Part shown: in pieces, positions 51,170-62,934 of the stretch
Layout: every line of letters starts with the position of its first letter
Position numbering within the stretch: the first letter of the stretch is position 1
From: Macrostomum lignano
Taxonomy: Eukaryota
Length of the DNA: 64,000 nt
Assembly (NCBI GenBank): GCA_002269645.1
Contig: NIVC01002679.1
Coordinates: 1-64,000 of the forward strand
Direction of reading: 5' to 3'
Made by a program: the position numbers and the translations under genes
The notes under the pieces: generated by a model
Databases searched by the model: none
Seen by the model: only the letters and a program-made list of their open reading frames with translations
Told to the model about the DNA's origin: nothing

Positions 51170-51810
51170 CAATGCTCAAGAAGGAATGCTGAGATGCCAA
51201 GGCTCAAGAGGGGGTGCTGAGATGCCAAGGCTCAAGAGGGGGTGCTGAGATGCCAAGGCTCAAGAGGCGATTCTGAGGTGCCAAGGCTCAAGAAGGAATG
51301 CTGAGATGCCAAGGCTCAAGAGGCGATTCTGAGGTGCCAAGGCTCGAGGGGTTGCTGAGGTGCCAAGGCTCAAGAGGCGATTCTGAGGTGCCAAGGCTCA
51401 AGAAGGAATGCTGAGATGCCAAGGCTCAAGAGGCGATTCTGAGGTGCCAAGGCTCGAGGGGTTGCTGAGGTGCCAAGGCTCAAGAGGCGATTCTGAGGTG
51501 CCAAGGCTCAAGAAGGAATGCTGAGATGCCAAGGCTCAAGAGGCGATTCTGAGGTGCCAAGGCTCGAGGGGGTGCTGAGATGCCAAGGCTCAAGAGGCGA
51601 TTCTTGAGGTGCCAAGGCTCAAGAGGCGATTCTGAGGTGCCAAGGCTCGAGGGGGTGCTGAGATGCCAAGGCTCAAGAGGCGATTCTTGAGGTGCCAAGG
51701 CTCAAGAGGCGATTCTGAGGTGCCAAGGCTCAGGGGGGGGGGTGCTGAGATGCCAAGGCTCAGGGGGGGGGGTGCTGAGATGCCAAGGCTCAAGAGCCGA
51801 TTCTGAGGTG
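51170..51810. repeat. 26-29-bp minisatellite (CCAAGGCTC(A)AGAGG..CTGAG(G/A)TG), about 23 units, interspersed variants
   Basis: Direct reading; ends about 150 bp upstream of the SEPSECS ATG. Confidence 0.92.
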
Positions 51811-51958
51811 CCATATTTCTTATTCATTTGTTTTTTGCCTCCCTTATCGAGAGGATTATTATTGCTAGTCCTATTTCCAGTTTGTGATGAAAGCACATCT
51901 CATCCATTCATGCTCAGCCAAATCTATGCCATAAAGCTAATCTACACGAGTTACCACA

Positions 51959-52400
51959 ATGAACTCGGACAACCTGCTGGCTCTGGGCCGCCTTGTAGAC
52001 CAGCGCCATCTGCAGCCGGCTCTAGGCTGGCGGCGCGGCTTTGAGAATCGACTCAGCCATCTGCTTAGCCAGCGCCGCCTGCCCGAGCAAGGCTGGTCAG
52101 AGCCGGAGCTGGAGCTGCTAATCCGGGAGCTGGCCCTACTAGACATGAACAATGCCAACTCCGGCAGTTGCATCGGCGTTGGCGAACGAGAAGGCCGAGT
52201 AGTGTGCCCGCTGGTATACAGGCGGCACTTCGGCCTGGCCCACGGCATCGGCCGGTCCGGTGACGTCACCGCCGGCCAGCCGAAAGCTGCCGGCTCGTCT
52301 GTTATTAATAGTTTAACGAATAGCCTGCTGGGGGATTGGCTGAGACAATTCGGCTGCCCGAAAGCGGCTAAATGTGCCGTGCTGATTCCGGTGGCCACAG
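51959..52400 (+). CDS. SEPSECS: O-phosphoseryl-tRNA(Sec) selenium transferase, exon 1
   Basis: LP EQGWSE..ELALLDMNN..GVGEREGRV..RRH..HGIGRSGD..QPKAAGSS..PVATG|GTAAG. Confidence 0.96.
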
Positions 52401-52554
52401 GTAAGCTGACTAGTAGGTTGTTTATGCGAAGATGTTTATATACGAGTATAGTATATTCGGTATTTACATAGATAATGTTGTCGTAACCTTCAGTGTAATA
52501 TTTATTAACATGAGCGATTGGAACTCGTCTTGTCGATTTGGTCGATAAATGAAG

Positions 52555-53125
52555 TATCTGAAACTGAAATCCCCGGAACTGAAACCCCATGGAACTGAAA
52601 TCCCGTAGATCTGAAATCCAATAGAACTGAAACCTCATGGAACTGAAATCCCATAGAACTGAAATCCCATAGATCTGAAATCCAATAGAACTGAAACCCC
52701 ATGGAACTGAAATCCCGTAGATCTGAAAACCAATAGAACTGAAACCCCATGGAACTGAAATCCCGTAGATCTGAAATCCAATAGAACTGAAACCCCATGG
52801 AACTGAAATCCCGTAGATCTGAAATCCAATAGAACTGAAACCCCATGGAACTGAAATCCCGTAGATCTGAAATCCAATAGAACTGAAACCCCATGGAACT
52901 GAAATCCCGTAGATCTGAAATCCAATAGAACTGAAACCCCATGGAACTGAAATCCCGTAGATCTGAAAACCAATAGAACTGAAACCCCATGGAACTGAAA
53001 TCCCGTAAATCTGAAATCCAATAGAACTGAAACCTCATGGAACTGAAATCCCATAGAACTGAAATCCCATAGATCTGAAATCCAATAGAACTGAAATCCC
53101 ATAGAACTGAAATTCCATAGAAATG
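52555..53125. repeat. 16-bp GAACTGAAATCCCATA monomers organised as a 48-bp higher-order repeat; continues at 59220-59440
   Basis: Direct reading; the array is split by the MULE insertion. Confidence 0.9.
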
Positions 53126-54828
53126 AATTCCCCGGGGGTCGCTTTCACAAGACCGAAATTTCACAACGCCGAAAACTGCTGCACGATCCTTCACAAGACC
53201 GAAACTTCATAAGACCGAAATTTAACAACGCCGAAAACTTCTGCACGATCCTTCACAAGACCGAAACTTCATAAGACAGAAATTTCACAACGCCGAAAAC
53301 TCAAAATGCAAAATGAACAATAAATTTCACTACTCACTGTTCACAAAAAGATGAGTGCTTCGTTCGTGCTTGCTTCTGACGTAACAAATTTTATAATGAC
53401 CAAGAACATTCACATGGTTTATGAAATTTACACTCGATGGCGAGAGCGGAATGACAAAGTAATTTCCTCGATAACTTTAATTTTTATAACTTTTTTTTCG
53501 TACTTTGATGCTTCAGAAGCATATGAATTACATGATTTGGAATTTTAACAGCTTCATTTCCTACCCTATGGTTGTTTGCTTTTATATCCACGAAGGCATT
53601 TACTTATAGGCCAAATGTAGCGTAAGGCATTGCCAACGAAATACTTTGGGGCTCTGGAACGTTAGTTGCAATGCTGGGAGCAATTTGCCAAGTCACAATT
53701 GTCAGTATATACGACGTACTTGTAACAGTATGACCAGTGTAGCTTGTCAAAGGGGTCTGTACCCGTAATGGCCGCAGAATAAAAAAAACAGCAAGTAATA
53801 ATTATTGAAACAATCTTGGTCGTCGTTGCTTTACTGAAAAATATTGATATGAACTTGCTTTTGGAAACTCATGGGCTTAGCGAAGCCTGTAACTTGTATA
53901 TTTTAGCGAGTAGGGGATCAAATAAAAATATTTACTACAAATAAAAGTATTTCGTGGTAACGACGAAGCAGCAAAAACGGCAGCAAGTTCGCAACAGTCC
54001 AAACACTGAAATATGACAAACTGAAACAAACTATCTGATGCTAGTAGCCTATTGCGTAATTTCGGAACATCAGACGAGTAGCAAATTCTACTCATCGAAG
54101 CAATGACAGGCAGCAGGAAAAAATCAAATATTACGCATGGGTGTGAATGCTACGAAAATTCTTTATGTGGCAAAGGAGTTTGATACGGTAAGAACAGAAA
54201 AATGCATTAAACATATATACTACAAGTAAAATATATATACTAGCTTATTGCATGAAATTTGCAACATCAGACAAGTGGCAAATGCTATTCAAGTGACGGA
54301 AGATCCATAAAGAATATATTCAGTTCCGCATGGTCACTGGCTTTGAACGAAAGGCGAGGCGCCGGTATTTTAACTCGTGCAGGGCGAGCCTATTTAAGAT
54401 AGTGGTAAAGGTTGGTATATGGTGCGATAAATGTAAAAGTTTGACAGCATTAATGATTGTATGGGGTTATAATTCTGAATAGGGACTATTCAAAGTTCTG
54501 AAGAGAATACATGTAAGTGAATGTCATTGGTATTGTTTGAGCTTTTGTGCCGACATGACAACATACAAAAACACAGCGTTCATGGGTGTCAATTCGCCGC
54601 TCATTATCGATTTGCGGAGCACGGACGAGTGCGATGGAAGTCATAAGTACATACTGAGTGATGCTGTGAAAATCGGGTCACGTTTTACGAATCCTTGAAA
54701 TAAGTACTAAAAGTACTTATGAAATAGAATGCTTATCACTAAGCGTCACAAAGTTTTCATTTCGTCACTACCTTTCAAGAAATTGGTCCCATTGCAAAAA
54801 CTGCCCGCTGGAGTGCAAACATGTTCAA

Positions 54829-57800
54829 TTAAAAGAAAAGCGGAACGAACATTACACACTCACTTCGACAGACAGGACACTGCAGTAGCTGCCTAATGCG
54901 AATGCCTTCAGCACAGCCAGAACAAATGACATGAACGCAAGGAAATATGGCTGAAACTGAAGCAGAGTTTTCCAGACACACTGGGCACCTGCGGTGACTA
55001 TGCAAATCAATGACTGGTTGATCTTGATCATCGTCCAGCTGTCCATCGCCGCCACCGGGGCCCGGTTGGCCGACGTCAGGGTGCGGCTGTCCATCGCCCT
55101 TGCCATCAACTGCTGGCATGAAGTTGCTGGCAGACTGTGAAAGTCTGCGCAAAGCCTCAAGTGGCGTGCACTGGCCAGTGCGAAGAAGCTCACTGCTGGC
55201 GGATTCTTGCATCTTTCAAAATGCTTTGAGTCTTCCGAAGTCGCCGAACGGGCAAGTCGCGCTGGAGCCTACACAAGTCTGCTACATACCAGGTGGATCA
55301 AAAAGTTCTCGGCCTAACCTATAAAGATGGCAGTGAGGCTCAAAATTTTTATAGTCACTCAATGTACTGCCCATCAGCATTCAGCACCCGCAGCCACCGA
55401 TCGCGCAGCCGACTGATGCCTGAGTGGTAGAAGTCCACAGGTTTTGACTCAAACCAGCTGCTCACAGCCTGTACCAGCTCATGATCGGTGCTGAACTGCT
55501 TGCCACGGAGGTCCTTCTTCAAATTGGCAAATAGGAAGAAGTCACTGGGGGCTATGTCTGGTGAGTAGGGTGGGTGATTTAGTTCTTCGAACCCTGCTTC
55601 ACGGATGGCACACTGTGCAACTCGAGACTTGTGGACAGGGGCGTTGTCGTGCAGCAGCAGCACACCATGGGTCAGCTTCCCACGGCGTTTCTGCTTGACT
55701 GCATCGCGCAGACGGCTGATCAGCTGGGCGTAGTAAGCACCATTGATTGTCTGCTTGTGGCCCAAGAAGTCCACTAGCAGCACGCTATTGCAGTCCCAGA
55801 AGACTGTCATCAGAATCTTCCCAGCAGAGGCCTTGCTCAGTAGGCGGGATGGTGGTGGTGAATCTCGGTGCTTCCACTGACGCGATTCCATCTGAGTCTC
55901 GGGATCGTAGTGGTGAACCCAGCTTTCATCACCGGTTACAACTCGGGCTAGAAAGTCATCCGGTGATTCATCAAAGAATGCGAGCAGCTCCTTGCAGCAG
56001 GCTACCCGATCAGCCCTCATTTGGACAGTGAGAATTCTGGGTACCCACTTGCTTTTGACTTTCTGCATCTGAAGAAAATCATGCACAATGGTTGAAACCG
56101 AGCCATAAGAGATGCCCAGAGTAGTGGCTATTTCACTCATTGACAGTTTCCTGTCAGCCATGATGTGCTTCTCCACGGCCAAGCTGTTCTCTTCAGTGCA
56201 TGCTGTTGAAGGCCGGCCACTGCGGGGGTCATCTTCTATGCTCTCTCTGCCCCGCTTGAATTCGGCTGCCCAAGCCTTGATATGGTAGTGGAAAATGACG
56301 GGCAAGAATCCGGGTAGACAGCATGCAGGCGTTGGTGAATATTGGTTGGAGTTTCACCCTCTTTCACTAAAAACTTTATGATTGCACGGAACTCGATTTT
56401 TGACATTTTGCTGAAAAACAAGGGGGTACTAACTTTAGGTTCTATTAGGGCATGCAAAGCTGAAAGGCAGAAAGTCAGAATAAGCTCATATAAGTAAGTA
56501 ATAGTTGCTTAAGTAGATATACAGTTTTCATTTCAATAGTCTTATCCTTTCTAGGTTGGGCCGAGAACTTTTTGTTCCACCAAATTTGTTCCACCATTTG
56601 GGTAGAACAAATGCTGCGTGTTGGCGAGCAGTACAACGCAACGATGAAGTCCCACGTGTTGGTATGAGAAGACTTAACAAAGCTTCTCCAGCGATTGTGG
56701 TAGCTTTCTTCCTTGTTGTTGGTGCGCTCCTTGCAATTGTGGACTGAAATGATCTGTGCACCAAACTTTTCTAGCCAGAAGGTCCGGATGTAGCTGTGCA
56801 CCGTGCGGAGCAGCTGGAGCTTTGGCTCTGCAGCACCATTGACAAATGCTTCAGGCCGCAGAAGCGCATGCACTGGAGCGATGTGTTCTGCTGGCAGCAG
56901 CGGAAGACTCATGAGGAGCCGAGCATAACGCCGGATGTCCATGTTGCGGCAGATGTCGGGCCACAGGCCAATTTTCTTCATCTTGGCCAACACTGCCTGG
57001 GCAAAATGAAAGAAACAACTCATGGGGCGTGGCATCAGGAAAGGCCTCTAAAGGAGTCACGAAGGGCCATTTCGAAGTCACTCATAACAGTCTGTGGTTG
57101 AAATGTTTGACACAACTCTTGCAGCTTGCTCCAGACCATGTGGTAGACCGCCTTAGATTTTCCAGTCAAAAGCGCAACAAAACAGGGCAGGAAGCATCCC
57201 TGCTTTGACACACCGACAGTCAGCAATTAATAGAATAGGCGTGGGACAACTTGAAATGTCCCATCGACGAACACTTGGTCAGCATCTTGTAGCTGCTCCA
57301 GCAAGTCAGGGTGTGCAAAGAACAGTCCAGCATGCTCATTTCTTCTTATGCTGCCCTGGTAGATGCGCATGCTGTCAACGCCACAGTGTTGAAGGCCAAG
57401 ATCTTCAGACTCGATCAGCTGGATGGCCTCCTTAATGGAATTGGGGATGCGAGGCTGCACTGAGCGCCTAGCGCGCCACATTCTAAGCTCTACCTGTGGG
57501 AATCCAACAGCATTGCCTGCTTCATCTGCGCTGGACACCTCATCAAACAATGTCCGTAGGCGTTTTGATGGCTGATGTGTAGCTGCATCGTTCATTTTCT
57601 GCTTCAGGGTCATTTTCTGGACTTCTTCATCTGGCACTGGAGCATGGGAATGCTGTCCATTAGCTGTCAAGATGTCGCCTTCAAGGGTGACCTTATCAGC
57701 ACAGTTGTTGTTGCGACATGTGTAATACTCCTTGTTATTAATCTTGCGATTACACTTGAACAAGTTCCTGTCATGGAAAAGTAACCTAGATCATCTGCGA

Positions 57801-57829
57801 CCTTCAACATATTGGAAGGCCATTGCCAT
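54829..57829 (-). pseudogene. MULE transposase (N-terminal C..C..H.H zinc finger, DDE core) with C-terminal RING finger; disrupted by stops, frameshifts and a mariner
   Basis: YYTCRNNNC..HSH; FVDGTF; SDFE; CFFHFAQA; RTNNKEESYH; on the far side of the mariner YVADLCRLQ..ELLRTG..CPVC..PCVHVICSGC..CPVC. ATG at 57829, stops near 57790 and 57227. Confidence 0.8.
55289..56602 (-). mobile_element. Mariner (DD34D) element, 1.3 kb, one frameshift, inserted at TA in the MULE transposase
   Basis: TIR GGTGGA(T/A)CAAAAAGTTCTCGGCC(T/C)AACCTA; TA on both sides; KWVPRIL, TGDESW, HDNA, YSPDIAPSD. The N-terminus MSKIEFRAIIKFL is in another frame. Confidence 0.92.
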
Positions 57830-59504
57830 TATAGATCAATCCAGCATGTAGGCCAGCCAGGGTTCCAAATGTGCTGAAATGGATTATTAAGAAAGTGGCA
57901 TACAGCTAGCATGCAATTTCCATATTGCATGGAAATATAAATACTATGATAGTATTCATTCAATAATAGAATGCTAGCTACACACTACAGAGCCTACTGT
58001 AGGTGCCTCACTTCAAGTAGAAGAATGAGGCTCTTACAGAGACTAAGAAGCTACCACAGATTATTTGTATATAACATTTACTCATTTACTTATCCTGATT
58101 AAATATGTTCCTTTTTTCTAATAACCTTTCTAATATTCTTTCTTTTTTCTAATATAAGGAAAATATAATTTAGTAGCTATATTGCATTTGCAGGTCACTT
58201 AGAATGGAGTCTTAGAGTTAGACTTTAGTCGATACAAATTTAAATCTATATTTGTTGTCTATGTTTTTGTGCTATTATTATGTTAGGCATAATGCTTCTT
58301 AAAATGGCATAATGGTCTCAACAAAAAAACTAGTTTGCACTTTGCATTGCAACCATTAGACTAGCTAGGCCTACCTATACTTTTTTGTTTTTTAGTCCAT
58401 CATAGAATGTGCCATGCAGATAACCTGGCTTCTCTGGACTTAATATATAGACTCTGAAGCAGAAATGACAGTTATGAAAAGCAAACATCATTCAGGAATC
58501 AGGATCAAAAGTCAATATTTAGCTATGGTTCTTAATTGCTAATATAGGACATGCATGCTAGACAAAAATGTAATAAAGGAGACAATGCATATTGGAATTG
58601 GCGCCTGCAGGGAGTGCATGGCTTTTGAGAATTATGATCGTTAGAAGTAAATGCTGGAAGTAAACTCAGTAGCATTGCCACGTGGCCCACATACTCATAC
58701 AATGTATGCTGATGAAAATATGCTCATACGTTATCATATGTTATCAGCGAATCAATGGTTATCAAATACTGGGCCTGTACACAAATGAAGCAAAAAATCT
58801 TAAGGGTGCTAGAAAGAGTATTCGTCAAACTTTATAGCACGTTTGTGGTGTATGTGATATGTGAATCCATTTGGTATTTCATAAGACGAACATAAACGTA
58901 AAGCTACGTTAAAGAAAATGAATTTATTCAATAAAAATTCGTGAACAAAAACTTGAGTACTTCGTATGCAAGTGAATTAACAAAGTGTTTCAATTGGTTT
59001 TTTCATCATAGGTCCGCGAAATTGTCAACGAGAGAGGACATTATGTACTATATGGCATTTTATTTTATGCGGCCTTACGAAATTTCGGTCTTGTGAAGGG
59101 CCCAGTATTTTAAGTTTTCGGCGTTGTGAAATTTCGGTCTTATGAAGTTTCGGTCTTGTGAAGGATCGTGCAGTAGTTTTCGGCGTTGTGAAATTTCGGT
59201 CTTATGAACCCCCCCCCCCTTCCCCGGAACTAAAATCCCCTAGAACTGAATTCCCCGGAACTCTGATCCCCGGAACTGAAATCACTGAAACTATAATCCC
59301 ATAGAACTGAAATCCCATAGAACTAAAATCACTAAAACTATTCCCCGGAACTAAAATCCCTTAGAACTAAAATCCCATAGAACTGAATTCCCTTGTACTA
59401 TGATCCCCGGAACCATGATCTCCGGAACTGAAATCCCCTCAATCACCAAGGCCTTGTGAGTTTGTAACTCAAATCCTCTGATATCTGTTTAGCTCGTAAC
59501 TCTG

Positions 59505-59845
59505 CCGTAGCCCAGCGGTCTGGCGCGGCGCTCTGATGTGCCAGCGGCCCAGGCTCGATTCCAAGTGCAGTCACATTAATTTGGGGCTGAATTGGAATCT
59601 CGGCTTGGCTCTGCTCGTGCAATTAATGCACTTTATGGCCAACCCCCAAGGCACAGTAAAGTGTACATGTCTAACGATAAATAAAGTCAGGGCCGCTGTA
59701 CACTCCTGTGTGAGTGTGTTCCTGTGCGTATGACTGCGTACATATCCGCGCGCTTGTGTGCCTGCTCAGGGGAGTCGGCAGATTGGGATTGGGTGTCGCT
59801 TAGAGTGCGTCAGGGTGCTAGCTGACAGCCTCCCTGACTCTAGTA
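59505..59845 (+). mobile_element. tRNA-derived SINE, young (CpG-rich) copy
   Basis: GCCGTAGCCCAGCGGTCTGGCG..GGCTCGATTCC and the shared family body. Confidence 0.8.
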
Positions 59846-59867
59846 AAAATTATTCCCTCATCAATAG

Positions 59868-60211
59868 GCATGGCGCTCTGCCTCTGCCTTCTGTCGCTGA
59901 GATCGTCTCGACCATCCAACGCAAAACTGGTACTGTGGCCTCGGATTGACCAGAAATCCTGTTTCAAAGCCATCATCACTGCAGGATTTACACCTGTACC
60001 GATTGAGCCCCTGCTAGACGGCGATCAGCTGGTCACAGATGTGACCGCTGTGCGATCTTTAATAGAGCAGCATGGGCCGGACAGTATTGTAGCCGTGATG
60101 ACCACTACTAGCTGCTTTGCGCCCAGAGTGCCGGATCGTCTAGCTGATGTGGCCAAATTGTGCGACGAGTTCGGCTTGCCGCATATTGTCAATAATGCTT
60201 ACGGAGTTCAG
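59868..60211 (+). CDS. SEPSECS: SEPSECS exon 2
   Basis: (G)MALCLCLL..WPRIDQKSCFK..TTSCFAPRVPD..PHIVNNAYGVQ|GT. Confidence 0.96.
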
Positions 60212-60296
60212 GTAGCGTTGTCATTAGCGATATTTATGTACCATGAAATCTTAATTCTACTACGAGGCAGGTTTCTGTGGGAAACTTCGTATTTAG

Positions 60297-60850
60297 ATCT
60301 TCAGCTGGTTGCCGCTTTGCCCCTTTGATCTTCAGCTGGTTGCCGCTTCCCCCCTTTGATCTTCAGCTGGTTGCCGCTTTGCCCCTTTGATCTTCAGCTG
60401 GTTGCCGCTTTGCCCCTTTGATCTTCAGCTGGTTGCCGCTTCCCCCCTTTGATCTTCAGCTGGTTGCCGCTTTGCCCCTTTGATCTTCAGCTGGTTGCCG
60501 CTTCCCCCCTTTGATCTTCAGATGGTTGCCGCTTCCCCCCTTTGATCTTCAGCTGGTTGCCGCTTCCCCCCTTTGATCTTCAGCTGGTTGTCGCTTCCCC
60601 CCTTTGATCTTCAGCTGGTTGTCGCTTCCCCCTTTTGATCTTCAGCTGGTTGTCGCTTCCCCCTTTTGATCTTCAGCTGGTTGCCGCTTCCCCCCTTTGA
60701 TCTTCAGCTGGTTGTCGCTTCCCCCTTTGATCTTCAGCTGGTTGTCGCTTCCCCCTTTGATCTTCAGCTGGTTGTCGCTTCCCCCCTTTGATCTTCAGCT
60801 GGTTGTCGCTTCCCCCCTTTGATCTTCAGCTGGTTGCCGCTTTGTCCCTT
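60297..60850. repeat. 30/31-bp minisatellite (GATCTTCAGCTGGTTG(C/T)CGCTTCCCCCTTT), about 18 copies
   Basis: Direct reading; SEPSECS intron 2. Confidence 0.93.
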
Positions 60851-60948
60851 TAATATCAGTTGCCTCCTCTTGCCAACAAATCAATGCAATGTATCCGACC
60901 CCGGCCTACCGATATGTATAGAAAGTAAACAATGGCGCCGCTCCGCAG

Positions 60949-61446
60949 GCCTCCCGCTGCATGAACTTGATAAACGACGCCAGCACCAAAGGCCGGCTGG
61001 ATCTATTTGTCCAGTCCTGCGACAAGAATCTCCTGATGCCGGTTGGCGGCGCCGTCATTGCCGGGCCGGACGCGGCCGTCGTCAGTCGGGTAGCCGCCAC
61101 CTATCCGGGCCGAGCATCAGCCTCGCCATCCACTGACGCCCTGCTGACCCTGCTGCACCTGGGCCGATCTGGCTTCGCCAGGCTGTTGGATCAGAGAGCG
61201 GCTGCCTACACCCGACTGCGCGACGGCCTGGCCAGCTTAGCCGGCAGACATAGCGATTGCGTGCGCCTGCTCGACACGGGAAAGAATCCGATTTCGTTGG
61301 CTCTGTGTCTCCGTGGCAGCGGCAGTAGCAGTGGCGGCGGTGACCCGGAGCGCCTCGGCGCCGCTCTGTTCCGGCGCGGCTGCTCCGGCGCAAGAGTGGT
61401 TGCTGGAGGCGAAAAGCGAGTCAGCATTGAAGGATACGAGTTCCAG
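60949..61446 (+). CDS. SEPSECS: SEPSECS exon 3 (contains the PLP lysine)
   Basis: ASRCMNLI..FVQSCDKNLLMPVGGA..YPGRASASP..NPISLA..LF.R.CSGARVV..F(Q)|GT. Confidence 0.96.
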
Positions 61447-62205
61447 GTAGGTAGAGTGTGCCAGTCCGGGTTTCGAACGGATGTGTTGAAATACCTGTTT
61501 AATGGGAAGCAGAAGCAAGCCATACTTCTGCTCAGGTGTCAGCCAATACGTAGATATTCGTAGGCCGGCAGGCGCGCACTCATACACACGCTCACACTGG
61601 GTGTACAGCGCGGTCCTGACTTTCTAATCGTCTGGCATGAGAACACCGAACCGTGGCGCGAAAGTCAAATGCGTTTTCCGTTGAACGGCTCTGCCCCCCC
61701 CCCCCCCAGGTTTCAGCCAGAAGAGTTCAATAACTTGTTGAGACTTTCCATACCTGCATTGCTGTTTTTTCAATTTGCAAGGCGTCGTGAGTGCCTCTTA
61801 GGCAGCTGTAGGCGGCGAAGGTCGAAGGCAACGCTTAGGCTACTGTATGCCATGCAGCGAGAAGTGACCCTAACTACCGGCCCTAAACACTTCTATGAGA
61901 TTTCAAACAAACCGTCTAACTTGTGTGGGTCGACTACTTTCAGTCCTTCACATCGCTAAGCTGTGAGTTCGGCTACTCGACACCCTGCCATCGCCTACCT
62001 GCATTATTTAAACAAACAGAAACAAATATTAACTAGTACAAATGGGGGCCGTAATGACACATGAAATAAAATCCCATAGAACTTTTCGTATCCTTCAGTG
62101 TAGGACCCAAAGAACTGAAATCCCATCGAACTGAAATCCCCAGAATCACCAAGTCCTTGTGAGTTTGTAACTCAAATCCTCTGATATCTGTTTAGCTCGT
62201 AACTC

Positions 62206-62490
62206 TGCCGTAGCCCAGCGGTCTGGCGCGGCGCTCTGATGTGCCAGCGGCCCAGGCTCGATTCCAAGTGCAGTCACATTAATTTGGGGCTGAAATGGAA
62301 TCTCGGCTTGGCTCTGCTCTGCTTAAGGCACAGTGGAGTGTACATGCCTAACCATAAATAAAGTTAGGGCCACTGTGCACTCCTGTGTGAGTGTGTGCCT
62401 GCTCAGGGGAGTTGGCAATGTGTGACAACGGATATTGTGTGACAATGTCGCTTAAAGTGCGCCAGGGTGCACACAGCCTTACTGACTCTA
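62206..62490 (+). mobile_element. tRNA-derived SINE with the same 5' flank as the 59505 copy
   Basis: Preceded by a near-identical AATCACCAAG.CCTTGTGAG..GTAACTCT flank and GAACTGAAATCCC monomers. Confidence 0.8.
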
Positions 62491-62621
62491 AAAAAGCATA
62501 GATTTATTGTGTTTCATGTGTGCAGAACTTTTACTATTGAATTTTTTCGATTAAATGCTCTTAAACAGGTGATTGACTGTTAAAAATTTTTGAATATATA
62601 TTTGTTTCTTCAATCTGCCAG

Positions 62622-62843
62622 GGCTACGGCGCTCATCAGACCGCATATCCGTTCGCGCCCTATCTGAACGCTGCCGCAGGCCTGGGCATGTCGGAAACCG
62701 AAGTCGACTCATTTCTAGTCGTGTTGGACAGCCTGCTGACTAAGGAGTTTCGCCAGCGCGAGATTGACAGTCGTGTCGCCGATGCTGATGAGCAGGGTGA
62801 TAATGATTACAGTAAAGACCAACTGACTGAGGATTTAGGATGA
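62622..62843 (+). CDS. SEPSECS: SEPSECS exon 4 (not in the ORF track); full protein 501 aa
   Basis: CTGCCAG|GYGAHQTAYPFAPYLNAAAGLGMSETEVDSFL..LDSLL..* matches GFMSH..YP..YLNAASAIGM..DVDLF. Confidence 0.93.
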   Translation, partial: GYGAHQTAYPFAPYLNAAAGLGMSETEVDSFLVVLDSLLTKEFRQREIDSRVADADEQGDNDYSKDQLTEDLG

Positions 62844-62934
62844 CCACCTGTCTTTATTCATAGCCTTCAAAAACATGAACAAATATATTCTCTAAACTTA
62901 GTAGACTTTTATCCAAACCATCCTGAGTACCGTC

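Larger units (their letters stand above)
53136..59219 (-). mobile_element. 6.1-kb Mutator-like (MULE) element with long repeat-structured TIRs
   Basis: Inverted subterminal arrays (TTCACAAGACCGAAATTTCACAACGCCGAAAACT at 53140-53300; reverse complement at 59080-59210). Flanking direct repeat TTCCCCGG at 53128-53135 and 59220-59227. Internal MULE transposase. Confidence 0.85.

Noticed and set aside
51937-52638. Antisense ORFs overlapping GC-rich exons (also 1081-1650, 11322-11777, 16355-16897, 61082-61587)
   Set aside because: Shadow ORFs of GC-rich coding exons on the opposite strand.
52505-53194. 229-aa ORF with a 16-aa repeat (WISDLRDFSSMGFQFY)
   Set aside because: A stop-free frame of the 48-bp higher-order repeat, antisense within an intron.
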